Under the pieces are notes generated by a model, which did no database searches, was not told the origin of the DNA, and worked only from the letters and a program-made list of their open reading frames with translations. Shown here piece by piece: positions 26,389 to 37,800 of a DNA stretch of 64,000 bases (positions are counted from its first letter, which is position 1; each line of letters opens with the position of its first letter). Made by a program: the position numbers and the translations under genes. This stretch comes from Ptychomitrium polyphyllum (taxonomy: Eukaryota), in the NCBI GenBank assembly GCA_973851085.1, contig OZ316775.1, positions 12,524,001 to 12,588,000 of the forward strand, read 5' to 3'.

Positions 26389-27814
26389 TTATATGACAAT
26401 GTTCATATCCAAGTCATCTATAAAGACCCTCCCCATATGCAAGTCATCATGATGTCGAACACACAAGGGAATGTGTTTCTTGTTCAAAGCAGATTGCACC
26501 GCCTTGATGCCCTCCAGAATCTGTGCTTCTCTAGCTGACCGAACTTTGTGCCGTCCACCCGCCCTCTCAATTTGTCTAATATGGTGCATCTCCACATGGC
26601 GTTCGTGACAACCCTTTACTGCACACCTCTCCGCAAGTAGCCCCTTCCGAACCATCCGTGCAAACAGCATGTCGATGAGTTCCTCAGGAGAAGTTGGGTC
26701 TAGATCCACAAGAAACTTCTTCTTATAGTCACTAATCTCCGTGGGGCTTAGATACGCAGCCAGCGTTTTACCCTCCTTCGAAATGACCAAGCTTTTGGTA
26801 TGCTTGGCAATGATCTGACTTGAGCTTGACTTGTGCTTCTTCGCAAGAGTGTAAATAGCTGACCACCGGAGTAGATAATTCACAATAGATCTCACTTTAA
26901 TGAGGTTATCGCAAAACGAGTGGTACCTCAAAAGACCAATTGCAATGCTTCGGTACCATGCGACAATCCGGTAATCATCCTGATTAGCCACTTGATCAAT
27001 TGGCAAAGGTCTCATCTTCACATCGATAAATCCCTTCTTCTGAAGTAACTCGTACAGAAGCTTCACGGGAGCTTCCAATAGAACAGGGGCTTCAAACGGT
27101 CTAACCGTGAGATGTTCCTCGCTAGGGTCATCGCCTTCCAAATGGGAATCATGCTGCGCAACCATAAGCAGCATCCGCGTTTTAAGAGCGTTTTGAAAGA
27201 AAGGAGAATTACCCTGATTCGACACAACCGCCCCTTTCTACCCTCAATCACACATTGAAAACCTAAAAATACATGCTCCTAAGAAAAATCCGAATTCCGA
27301 AACAAAGAAACTCATAGGCTACTTTGCGAACAACTCAACCTGTATATCTCGGTTCTCATCTGTATGAATTCATGAACTCACTCGTGATTCTGGAATCCCA
27401 GCAGGTCGTCTTCCCACTCGAGCTGCTGCAACGTCAGTGTACATCGACCGCTTCACCCCTCCATCCCACGACCTGCTCCACTCACTTCCACATTCCGACG
27501 CGTCGTCACTCCCAGAAACGTTGCTCAAATCCCGCCCCAGCAACGTCAACGCACCCGAGCTCAACGGAGCTGCCGCCTGCCTTCCCCACATTCAATGCAC
27601 CAACTCCGCCACAACCCATCAGCACCCCTCGCTCTCACACCCCTAAATCCTAAATCCTAAACCCTGAACCCTAAACCCTCGAAGGCCCAAACGAAAAAAA
27701 AAACATCCACGAACCCTAACAGTGCACACCAAAGAGCGGCAGGACGAGCACCTGTAATGGAGGCAGCAACGACGATCGCCGCAGCAGCAGCCTCGCAGCC
27801 ATCGCCCTCGCCAT
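26389..27814 (-). CDS. Nuclear-encoded matR-like group II intron maturase lacking the RT domain (domain X plus C-terminal Zn/HNH-like domain) with a mitochondrial presequence; predicted 3 exons, about 360 aa
   Basis: Exon 3 (27213-26389) reads EAPVKLLYELLQKKGFI...DDYRIVAWYRSIAIGLLRYHSFCDNLIKVRSIVNYLLRWSAIYTLAKKHKSS...EGKTLA. This aligns by eye to matR domain X (EAPIKKILRRLRDRGII...CDNLYQVRTIVDHQIRWSAIFT.AHKHKSS...GKTLA). The tail is CAVKGC...VEMHHIR...HIPLCVRHHDDLH. Exon 1 (27814-27752) encodes [21 protein letters not shown]. Exon 2 (27576-27382) joins in phase 0 with GT/AG sites. Confidence 0.85.
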
Positions 27815-27847
27815 GGCCACAGCAAATCGGAAAACCTTGTGAGTGCA
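27381..27847 (-). repeat. Left copy of an inverted duplication (5' UTR, presequence exons 1-2 and intron 1); partner at 31659-32052
   Basis: The reverse complement matches 31659-32052. Exon 1 is 61/63 nt identical, and the exon 2 peptides are 51/65 aa identical. Confidence 0.95.
27641..27679. promoter_or_regulatory. Interstitial telomere-like / telo-box array (CCCTAAA variants, about 5 copies) in intron 1 of the maturase gene
   Basis: ccctaaa tcctaaa tcctaaa ccctgaa ccctaaa ccct; the plant telomere heptamer is TTTAGGG. Confidence 0.65.
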
Positions 27848-28683
27848 GCGCAATGAGCGTCTCTTGCTCCCCAAGTCCCCGCTTCAAGAGGACCCTAGAG
27901 CCTACCCTATTGCCGTTGGACCCCCTTCAATCCAACAGGGATCCCAGTTTTTCCTGTATCATGGTTTCTCATGCTTTTCCTTGGAGATGTGCATGGGCTT
28001 TGCCATCATGCACTTTGAAGATTCCACTAGTAGCTAGCTAACGTTGCTCTTCGTCAGAAAGCAATTGAGAACAATATCACCCAGCCAGGAGAATACCACA
28101 TCTTCTATTTCGCAAGTAGCTGGGGAGCACATGTAGTTTGTCTGCAGAAGCTCCTAGGCTGTTATTGGAATGTTTTTATAGTACTTAAGGGATTCCTTAT
28201 TTTTAGATTCAATAGTTGTGGATTTTTAGAAGAAACGTTTCCTTTCTAGTTATTTTTAAATTTTTTCAAAACCAATCTTTGAATATCTTGGGATTTCTGG
28301 AAAGAGGGGTTAAAAGTCCTGTGATGACGTGTGGAGACGTGTATATTCAAGATCAACAATGCCATTTTGATGCCTCGAAACAAAAAGGCAGGCAGTTAAT
28401 TGCTAGAGCTAAAACATGGTGCAACTGGATTTTTCCATAAATGATGCAAGAGAAGTTTATAAGTTTACAAAGTCATAAACGACATTGGTCTCAAAACAAC
28501 TGAATTTTAATGTAAATTTGACAAAGCCTTGTAATATAATGCACAAGTAAACAATATATTCTGTTAGATTAAAAGCATTGATGTAAAAAAAGTTGTCATT
28601 ACTGTAACATTTGAAAATATGAACGAAGTATTCACTAAACATTCCAATGTCAATTTAGCAAATATGTCGTCAGTGTCTCAAGA

Positions 28684-31274
28684 CTATCTTGTCACCCGAA
28701 CAACCAGCCTGTTCTTCTTGCCTGCAGAAAGTAGAAAAATCTTTTCATCTATAATATCCTCAGCTACCATGGCCTTCCCTTCATCTTCCACCTTCTTGTT
28801 GTTCAAATAAAGACCACCCTGGCAACAGCACACATCCTCACCACTGAGTATTTTACTAGAACTCAAAATCATCAAGAAAACATTACACACCCACTAAGAA
28901 ACATTAGTGTACCCTATGCAAACTGTTTGGAGAAAAAAATCATTCGGATGTATGACCATACCAGGCTTTTAAAACAGAATGTACTATTCACAATACAAAT
29001 GCTCGATTGAAAGATTGAATTCGATACCTGCTTAATCAAACGTCGAGCTGCAGCTTTGCTTTGAACAAGCCCTGTGTTGACACTCAAATCGACCAGAGTT
29101 GTGTCCACCACAGAGGAGTAAGAAACAGAACACGATGGAACGTCCTGAGCAATGGCCTCCAAGGCTTGAGAGTCCAACTCAGCAGCTGCCCCGGGTGCCA
29201 AAGCTTGCGTGGCTTTCAGGGCTTCTGCTAAACCCTGCTCTCCGTGGACAAACCGGGTCACTTCTTCTGCCAATCTTTTCTGTATTGAGTTTGGGGCATA
29301 TCCTGGTCGTCCCATGCTGGATTCCAGAGCTTCAATTTCGTTGATATCAACAAAGGTGAGTCGCTTCATAAACCTGATTACGTCTGAATCAGGTACGGCA
29401 AACAAGAGTTGATAAAAATTATAAGGGGAGAGTGCTGACGAGGCCAGCCAAATTGCACCACTTTCAGACTTCCCGAATTTGGTCCCATCACTCTTGAGTA
29501 GGAGAGGAAACGTAAGACCATAAGCTCCTTCTTGTTGAAGCAACCGTCGAACTAAGTCTGTCCCTGCTGTAATGTTACCCCATTGATCACTCCCACCAAT
29601 TTGTACAGAAACTCCCTCCTCCTGTAGTAAAAACAATCCCATGAGAATTTTACAAAAAACAAGATAGTACTAAATTCGCTTCAACACCAATGCATGCTTA
29701 ATAAAAATAGAGGCTGTTCATATTGGTACCTTGAAGAGATGCACAAAGTCGTATCCCTGAAGCAACTGATAAGTGAACTCCGTGTAGCTCATGCCTTCCT
29801 CTGAATTTAGCCGTGTTTTCACACTTTCCTTCGCCATCATCGTCCCAACTCTTGCATACTTGCCAACGTCCCTTAAGAAATCCAACAGGGAGAATTCCTT
29901 CCACCAATCATAATTGTTAAGAACAACAGCCTTTGCATCCGCACCGGAGTTCACCTGTCAACGTAGTGCCAGATCATGAAGTGCAGAACCAGGATATACC
30001 ACATTAAAAATCACACAAATGCACAATTCCACACGTCAAATATTCCTGCTATTTAAAAGCGTTTGAAAATTTGCATGAAATCCAAACAAGTACCTCCAAT
30101 ATTTTTGCGAGAATCTCGCCAATTCCATTTGAATTCCTGGCTATCGTCTCATCATCAAGCACAGGTCGTTCTTTGCTCTTTCCCGAGGGGTCCCCAACTC
30201 GAGCAGTGGCGCCTCCAAGCAACGCAACTGGGATATGGCCACACCTACACGACAGAATCAGCACGAATTCACCTCAACATGACCACAATCGAACGCTCAA
30301 ACTCCTCTCAACACACTCATATCTACTGAAGAGTACACTCAAAACCCTCCAACACTTCTGCTGACATAACTTGTTACATCACCATCTCTTCAAACAAGCC
30401 GTGAACACGGAACCTTAACCATTCATGAATTTAGAACCCGTTTCTATTCATTATACTGTCAACCACAAACATAACCCCTAACCCCTAGCTAGTACACCAC
30501 TTAGTTATAACTCAGGAGAACAAGTATTTCAAAACAACTTGCTTAAGCTAAGTGAAACACATTGGTAGTGATAAATCAGATAGGTCTGCCATGAGAAGAT
30601 GCAGATCTCCTCAATTATAATCTCACTAACTCATCAAATGCAAATTCGTTATCCGAGACGGAATCCAATTGCGGGGGACAAGAAAACCAGGCATTGCAAG
30701 CAGCAGGACATATCGAGACTCTCGAGAACGAAGTAATCGAAGCTTATCTAGCTCGGAGCAAGGGAGAATGAGATTGATTGGGTCTTGTAACAAACCATTC
30801 GAGAATTCAAAACCTTCCAATAAAACTCAAAGAGTGTGTAATATCAAACCAAGCAAGAGCAAAGCGTACACACCTTTGGAACCACGAGAGCACAATGATG
30901 CCCAGCAAGTTGCCCAAATGCAGCGACTCCGCCGTGGGGTCGAACCCACAGTACACTTTGAGCCGCTGCTTCATACAAGCAGAACGCAACTCCTCGCTCG
31001 TCACGGACTCAATCAACCCTCGCTCCGCCAAAACGTCCACCACATTGCGCGACACGCCTTGCATTGCCACACCCATACACGTTGCCGTGGACAGAGGAGA
31101 CGCGGAGCACGACACCGCGCTTCCCCGCGGCACGCACAATCGACGAGCGACATAGCTTGCGTCCAGAACCTTCACTCCAGCACCAGGTCTCGCAGCAAAC
31201 GCGAGCGACCATAGTCGCAGAGCAGGCCCGCAGGTGTGCGCAAGGCATTGCGACAAGCAATGCCCCGAGGCCAT
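28684..31274 (-). CDS. tyrS: Organellar (bacterial-type) tyrosyl-tRNA synthetase, 5 exons, with N-terminal transit peptide
   Basis: Motifs [15 protein letters not shown] (HIGH), [38 protein letters not shown] (KMSKS) and a C-terminal S4-like domain ([14 protein letters not shown]...SAGKK). Exons 31274-30874, 30244-30094, 29954-29730, 29621-29028, 28818-28684. Confidence 0.96.
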
Positions 31275-31691
31275 GTCGAGGGCGGACACAAAACTTCCAA
31301 TCCTTCACAACCTCTTCTTCCGAAGAACCCAAATCCGAAGAAACACGAGTGCTGTCATCTTTTCCACATTCAGATCGATGTTCGTCGAACATTTGCAAAC
31401 GGGCACCGAAACTCGTCATCGCCGGTAATAAGTGACGATATCCTCTTTTTTAGGGCTTCCTCCGTTAATCGTTCGTTTTATGATGGTTTTCTAGGGTGTC
31501 AGTTTTCAGTCCTGTTGGTGGGACCACTAACTGAGGTGGATTCACTGTTTTGGAAATGCGAGACCATCCCCGCTCCAGTTTTCTGACGAAGGTGTTTTTG
31601 GTTCGGTAGGCAGAGACCATTTGAGGTCACTTCACCTCAGTCAAAGGCCACACCTTGGTGCACTTACGAGGTTTTCCGATTTGCTGTGGCC
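31275..31691. promoter_or_regulatory. Probable bidirectional promoter between divergent tyrS and rps10
   Basis: The start codons at 31274 (-) and 31692 (+) are head-to-head and only 417 bp apart. Confidence 0.6.
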
Positions 31692-32052
31692 ATGGCGAGG
31701 GCGATTGCTGCGAGGCTGCTGCTGCGGCGATCGTCGTTGCTGCCTCCATTGCAGGTGCTCATCCTGCCGCTCCCTGTGTAGGGTTTAGGGTGTGAATGCG
31801 AGGGTGCTGATGGGTTGTGGCAGTGTTGGCTTGGGGACTGCAGGTGAGCGAGCAGCCGAAAGCTCCGTTCAGCTCGGGTACATCGACGTTGCTGGGGCTG
31901 GATTCGAGCAACGTTGCTGGATTCGACCACGCGTCGGAATGTGGAAGTGGGTGGAGCAGGTCATGGGCTGGAGGGGCGAAGCGATCGATGTACACTGACG
32001 TTGCAGCTGCTCGAGTGGGAAGACGACCTGCTGGAATTCCAGAATCTCATGT
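31659..32052 (+). repeat. Right copy of the inverted duplication (presequence exons of rps10)
   Basis: Matches the reverse complement of 27381-27847 and ends at the exon 2 donor (GAATCTCAT|gtaagc versus GAATCACGA|gtgagt). Confidence 0.95.
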
Positions 32053-32692
32053 AAGCAAATCTATCTGAGGACAAACAAACTCAGCAGGTTTCTTCTCCAA
32101 AACTCTTATTTGATATTTGTAGTCCTCGTAGACTGGTTGGAACATGATTAGGGTTTCCTCTACTTGGACTAGAGGGCATCTTCTCAATAAATTTGTTTCT
32201 GTTATTCGAACATGCCGTCAGAACTGTACCAAGTCCTGGCAATCTGAGTATGTCCAGGCTGTAACTTAGCAGGTGGATGCACTTGATGGCATCGAAGAGA
32301 TGGCCGCGGGCTCCGGAGCAACCGCCAAAATGTCTATAGTGTTGAAGTCATTCGAGAAGATCCATCCAGGGAAGTTAAAGAACGTCAGTAAAGTGGGCTT
32401 GCCAACAACGCGAATCCTCTTCACTTTCAACCGATCTCCTCATGTGGACAAGAAGGCGCGAGACCAGTTTGAGATGAAAACACGGAAGAAGCTTCTAGTC
32501 ATGGATATGGATGTTGGGAAGCTACGGGAGAAGTACAACCAGCTGAAGAACAACAACATGTTGGGCGTCCAGCTCAAAGTGAACTTTCATTATAAAACTC
32601 GACTGGACATGAGCAGGATTAAGGGTCATGTCACGCTGGCAACGGTCGTGGAACAGTGTGAGGAACAAAGGCAGATCGAAGCAAAGCAATGA
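31692..32692 (+). CDS. rps10: Nuclear-encoded mitochondrial ribosomal protein S10 with acquired presequence, 3 exons
   Basis: Exon 3 (32273-32692) contains KMSIVLKSF...[29 protein letters not shown]...[16 protein letters not shown], the plant mitochondrial S10 signature RSPH.DKK.R.QFE. Exon 1 (31692-31754) encodes [21 protein letters not shown]. Exon 2 is 31856 (or 31844)-32050. Introns are phase-0 GT-AG. Confidence 0.92.
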
Positions 32693-33831
32693 GATGAGAG
32701 CTTCGAAGGCCTCCTCTGAGCTCTCATCAGTTCACAGATTGGAGCGAATGATTTGCAGGTATACATGAAACTACTGGAGATTGAATACTTTGGTCTTCAC
32801 TGCAGCAAAATATTCACTTGCTGTTCAGCATAATCAGGTATCTGGCTTTCAAGTCTTTGGTGCATCCATATAGGACATTTTTTTGAAGATTAGGAGTAGA
32901 AAAAGAGCCGCAGTTAACCTTGAGGATTGATTTGTTTGGTTCTTTAGGTGTCATCAATTGGATTGTAAAGCATGCCCAGATGCTTAGAACAGATACTACA
33001 CTTGGTGTGCATGAAGTTGGTTCTCAAGATTACGATAAACATCAATTCAGTCTAGTTTCATGTTTGTGTTGTTGTGAGTTTCAATGGTTTGATCGAGCCT
33101 TTCCAGTTGCTGGTTTTTATGTTCTATCCTATATGTGATAATGCCTTTGTTGGCATAGTATATTTAGCCGTTTTCTTTGTTGTGATGGTTGTTTGTCAGC
33201 TGTCAATTTCGTAGATTCTGTCGAATGTGCATATATGTGCGATGTTTACTGCTGGTTATGTTTCACATTGAAAATTTACAGAGCTCTTGAACTCTGCCTT
33301 GGCATTGCAGAAGCATAAGTAGTTGAATTTGTGTACACCTTTCTCAACTCTGACTCCCTTCTGCATTGCGAAACCTTCCTTTTGCAACACTGTTAGATTC
33401 GTTTACCAGCATACTACTGAACGTAGATCACTGTTAGGATGGAAGGATTAATGGAAACTTCAACCTGGGAAGAGCGAGCATGACGGTGTAGGGAATAAGT
33501 TTGTTTCGCGTAGTTGTGTTTAACAGAGTTTTCAGTTCCCAAGAGCCAGTTGTTCAATGTATCATGCTTGGGCGTGCACCACGTAGAAGCAGTTTTCATG
33601 TGGTAATTTATTGGCAAACTGAAGGTTCTTTGACGGAAAGTTTGGTTTTACGGAGAAAGTTCAACTACCAAACTTTAGTAAACTGGGAAGCATTAGCCTA
33701 ACCCGGCAAACTTCTTTAATCTTGACACCATCAAGTACTGTGGTGAAGAACAAACTGCATTTAATTAACTTCAATATTACTTATTACATTCAAAACTCCT
33801 CATTTGCCTATTAGACTAACTTGTTGCCTTG

Positions 33832-34000
33832 AACTCCTTTACCTAAGCCTATACAACCACTAACTTGTAGAACTTGCTCCAACTCCTTTACCTAAGCCTA
33901 TACAACCACTAACTTGTAGAACTTGCTCCACTAACTTGTAGAACTTGCTCCAACTCCTTTACCTAAGCCTATACAACCACTAACTTGTAGAACTTGCTCC
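33832..34000. repeat. 49-bp tandem minisatellite, 3 perfect copies plus one 22-bp partial
   Basis: Unit aactcctttacctaagcctatacaaccactaacttgtagaacttgctcc at 33832, 33881 and 33952; partial actaacttgtagaacttgctcc at 33930-33951. Confidence 0.95.
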
Positions 34001-34851
34001 ACAGGAAAAAAAATTATATATATGTGTGGTTTTTCCAAGAAAGGAACAATTCTCTCTTGATGTGACACCCCAGACTATACCACCACTAACGTTGCCACCT
34101 TCATGATGATTTTTTCTCACTTTGGACCTTGACAGCCCCACGTCACCTTCCAATCCCTTGCAAGATCATTCCAACTGGCGTGAACCTCTAAGTTTCAGGA
34201 TCTTACACAAGAAGTCCAGCATGCCATCCTATTTAGGCTAAGTCACACAAACTCAGCAATCTCAAGCTCAAACTACACCACCCGGTGAGGTGCCCCTAAA
34301 AGCCACAAAGGGAAAACTTTTTGAAACGCCACTCAAGGTGGACCTTATCGCATGAGCGAGGGCAAGGCGAGGGGCTCAGGTGGTCACGGCTGAAGCTTAG
34401 CACACGGCGCCCCTTCAGTTCTGTGGAATGTGGAATCAATTTGCCGCGGAAGGGCCCGTGCGGTGTTGGCTAGGCTATGGCCACTGCAGGTCTCCATACC
34501 ATCGCCCTTGCCCGGAGAACGTTTCACGATTTTCATTGCATCCCGCCACACAAGTGACTCGCACGCGAGCCTCCACCACACTGATTTCTTTCTTACTTGT
34601 AGCATGCACTTGCTGATTGCTTACTGCTTTCTTGCGTTCCTTATGTCGACATACCTGCAAACACACCTCTCTCTGTGACAACTAAGTTAAGTAGAGCGAA
34701 TTGACATGGCGTAGATCATTTTGTTGGTCATTGCTTAGCAGTGTATGCATCTCCGAGAAGATATTGAAGAACGAAAGGCAAGGCAGGGGCTTATGAGGGC
34801 GCGAGCGAGCCAGCTAAGGGGAGAGTGATGTGGGGTCGTTAGGGATCTTCA

Positions 34852-37800
34852 ATGCCTCCAGTCTCTAGTTTGGTGGGACCTTGCGGTCGTCGATCAAGTA
34901 AATCAGCTCTGCAATTCGGAATTTGTGTAGCCAATGCAACATGGGGACATCACCTGCAATACAGGTGGGCTGCTGCATGTTCGTTGGAATGGAGCTTCAG
35001 ATGGAGTAGCTCTCATCAGCTGAGGAGTAAATGGGTTGTCGATCGAAAACCTCCTGCCACCAGGCGGGGGACAAAATCAACAGTGAAGGGGAGACATGAA
35101 ATTAAGAACAGAGAGTCTGCTTCGCATGTGGCACTTGCACCATTTGGAGGCTCTGCACCTTATTATTCCAAAGTACGCACTAGTGGGCGGGGGCAGAGAG
35201 CGCGGAGGGATACCCCTGGAAGCGCACCATTCCAGAGGGAAGAGGAGGACAAGAGCTCTTCGGAGGCACCGGAGAATGAGTCTGGCAGCCGGGGCTTGAC
35301 AGCTCGGAACCTGGTTGGGACGTATGCCGCGAACACAGCATTGGCAGTACAGGAGTCTCTTCCGCCGGAGGGAGTGATCGTCTTGTTGGCGTGCCTTGTG
35401 GGCGTTCTCACGGGTGGCAGTGTCGTCCTCTTCAATCTTGCGGTGAGCTGTTGCTATGTGTCCCACTCATCTTCAATTCCTTCTGTTAATTGATTTGGAT
35501 TTCAAGCTCCAGGACCTGCGCATGAATCAGTCTTATGTTAGTCAATCCGGGACCCCGGGCAAGCTCCTAGTATTTCATCTTTTTCCCGCGGCGTTTTCTA
35601 AATGGGGGAGGCTTTAGGGTTTTAGCCTGTGTGGAGATGAATGATGGTTTCATAGGGATGGCTGTGGTTGAGATTTAGGTACACAGGATCCACGATGATG
35701 TGTGGGAGGGAATCCCGGAAAGCGGAGCTGCTTGGTTGCGAACACGGCCACTGAACGAAACTTGGGTGCGACTCTTGGCGGTGCCATTTGGGGGTGGGGT
35801 GCTGGTGGGACTCCTTAACTCGATGCGCCATTCATTAGACAACGACACCAAGACTGACAAGTCTAAGGCAAAGGACAAATCCTCCCGGTTGGATGATTTG
35901 CGTGGCGTTCTCCGAGCCTTTCTGAAAGCTGTAGGCGCTGCCGTCACTCTAGGAACCGGGTGCTCCCTCGGTCCTGAAGGCCCCAGCGTTGAAATTGGCG
36001 CCTCCATCGCCAATGGCGTGGGCACAATGCTGAGTAATAGTCGCGAACGCAAGCTGTCGCTGGTTGCTGCTGGCTCCGCTGCAGGCATCTCCTCAGGTTT
36101 AATTACTCAAATGCTCCTTCCCATCTACAACATTCGTTTTTATTTTATTTTCTTCTATTAGATGGACTGTTCTAGAAGAACTACTGCAAAGTTGGTCAAT
36201 TCAAAGATGTGCTGCATTGTCAGTGCTGCATTCTCTTTTGTATTTTGCCTTTGTAGAAGAGACGTCACATGTACTAACATCTTCGTCTGCTCGGGATGTC
36301 AGGGTTCAATGCGGCTGTGGCAGGATGCTTTTTTGCACTAGAATCAGTGTTGCGGCCTTCGTCCTCAGACTCGGCATCGTCGCTCACCACAGCCATGCTG
36401 TTGTTGAGCTCTGTTCTGGCTAGTGTCATTTCGCAGGCTGGATTGGGGTCCGACCCTGCATTTAAGATCCCTGCATACGACTTCCGCTCACCTGCTGGTA
36501 TACTCGACCTTCACCTGTGAATTTTGCTGGACTACAATTCTGCACCAAAAAAAGAGATTAATACATTATTGTGTGTGTATATTTCCAACATTAGTCTACA
36601 GCGTCATTAGAGTAGGCACAATCTGCAACCTGTGAACATTTATAATGTGATTTGAAGCTTAGAGATACAGCTGTCTTTGCAAAGACACTATAATCGTTGT
36701 ATATTCGTGTGTAATGAAACAGAACTTCCGTTGTACCTGCTGTTGGGAATCCTTAGTGGCAGTGTGTCAGTGACTCTTGTCAAGGGGAGTGCATATGCAA
36801 CAACCTTGTTTGAGAATTTGAGAAGAACCACCGGAATTCCGGCAGGCTTCCTGCCACCAGTGGGAGGGCTGGCAGTGGGCGTGATTGCGCTGGCATATCC
36901 GGAAATACTGTACTGGGGCTTTGAAAATGTGGACGTTCTATTAGAATCACGCCCCTGGGTGCGAGGTCCGTCGGTGGAATTGCTACTGCAATTGGTTGGG
37001 GTTAAAGTGATTGCAACTTCGCTGTGTCGCGGTTCGGGGTTGGTGGGCGGGATGTATGCTCCGTCACTGTTTATTGGAGCTGCATTGGGGTCAGCATATG
37101 GAAGCATTGCCAGGAATGTCTTCGTACATGCCGATCCTGCGTTCCATTTGGAATGGCTCAAGGTCGCTGCCCCTCAAGCCTATGCATTGGTAAGTTATTA
37201 AGGACTGTTAACTTCGTTAAATGCACCTTTACTTTATTATTATTGATGCTGCATTGCAATCTTTGAATGTCACGGCTATGAATGTAGACACTAGCTGCTG
37301 ATAGTGCGCATTACGGCCATGTGCAGGTGGGCATGGCAGCCATGTTAGCTGGAGTATGCCAAGTCCCACTCACATCCGTCTTGCTTCTGTTCGAGCTTAC
37401 TCGAGATTACCGTATTATTCTGCCTCTCATGGGTGCAGTAGGTCTATCATCCTGGATTGCATCCTCGTTCATCAAGAAAAAGAAACGCTCCTCGAAATCT
37501 GAATCTGCCCTTCCGTTGCCATTGTCTGCACCTGTCTTGCAACCTCAGCCAGGCATCGCATTTGAATCTTCTTCTGTGCTGTATCCCAATGCTCCCAGCC
37601 AACAGAGTCTCTTGAGCAGTAGTGTCGTAGGAAATGAGGGTCTTCAAATCACCTCGGAGGAAGGCCAAGAGCCAATGCTTCTGGCTTCGATGGAGATGAA
37701 GGTGGATGTTTACACGAACGACGGGAGTGCCGAAGACTTTGTGGAAGAGAAAGATTTGTGTAACGTTGATGAGTCCCTCTGTTTAGCAAATTTTGAGATC

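Noticed and set aside
25400..27400. Intact group II intron or recent NUMT around the maturase exon
   Set aside because: I could not recognise a domain V hairpin, GUGYG boundary or flanking mitochondrial exon, and the ORF is joined by spliceosomal GT-AG introns.
30669..31586. Several overlapping plus-strand ORFs
   Set aside because: These are antisense shadows of the GC-rich first exon of tyrS.
33832..34000. Possible CRISPR-like array
   Set aside because: The units are contiguous with no unique spacers, the context is eukaryotic and there are no cas genes.
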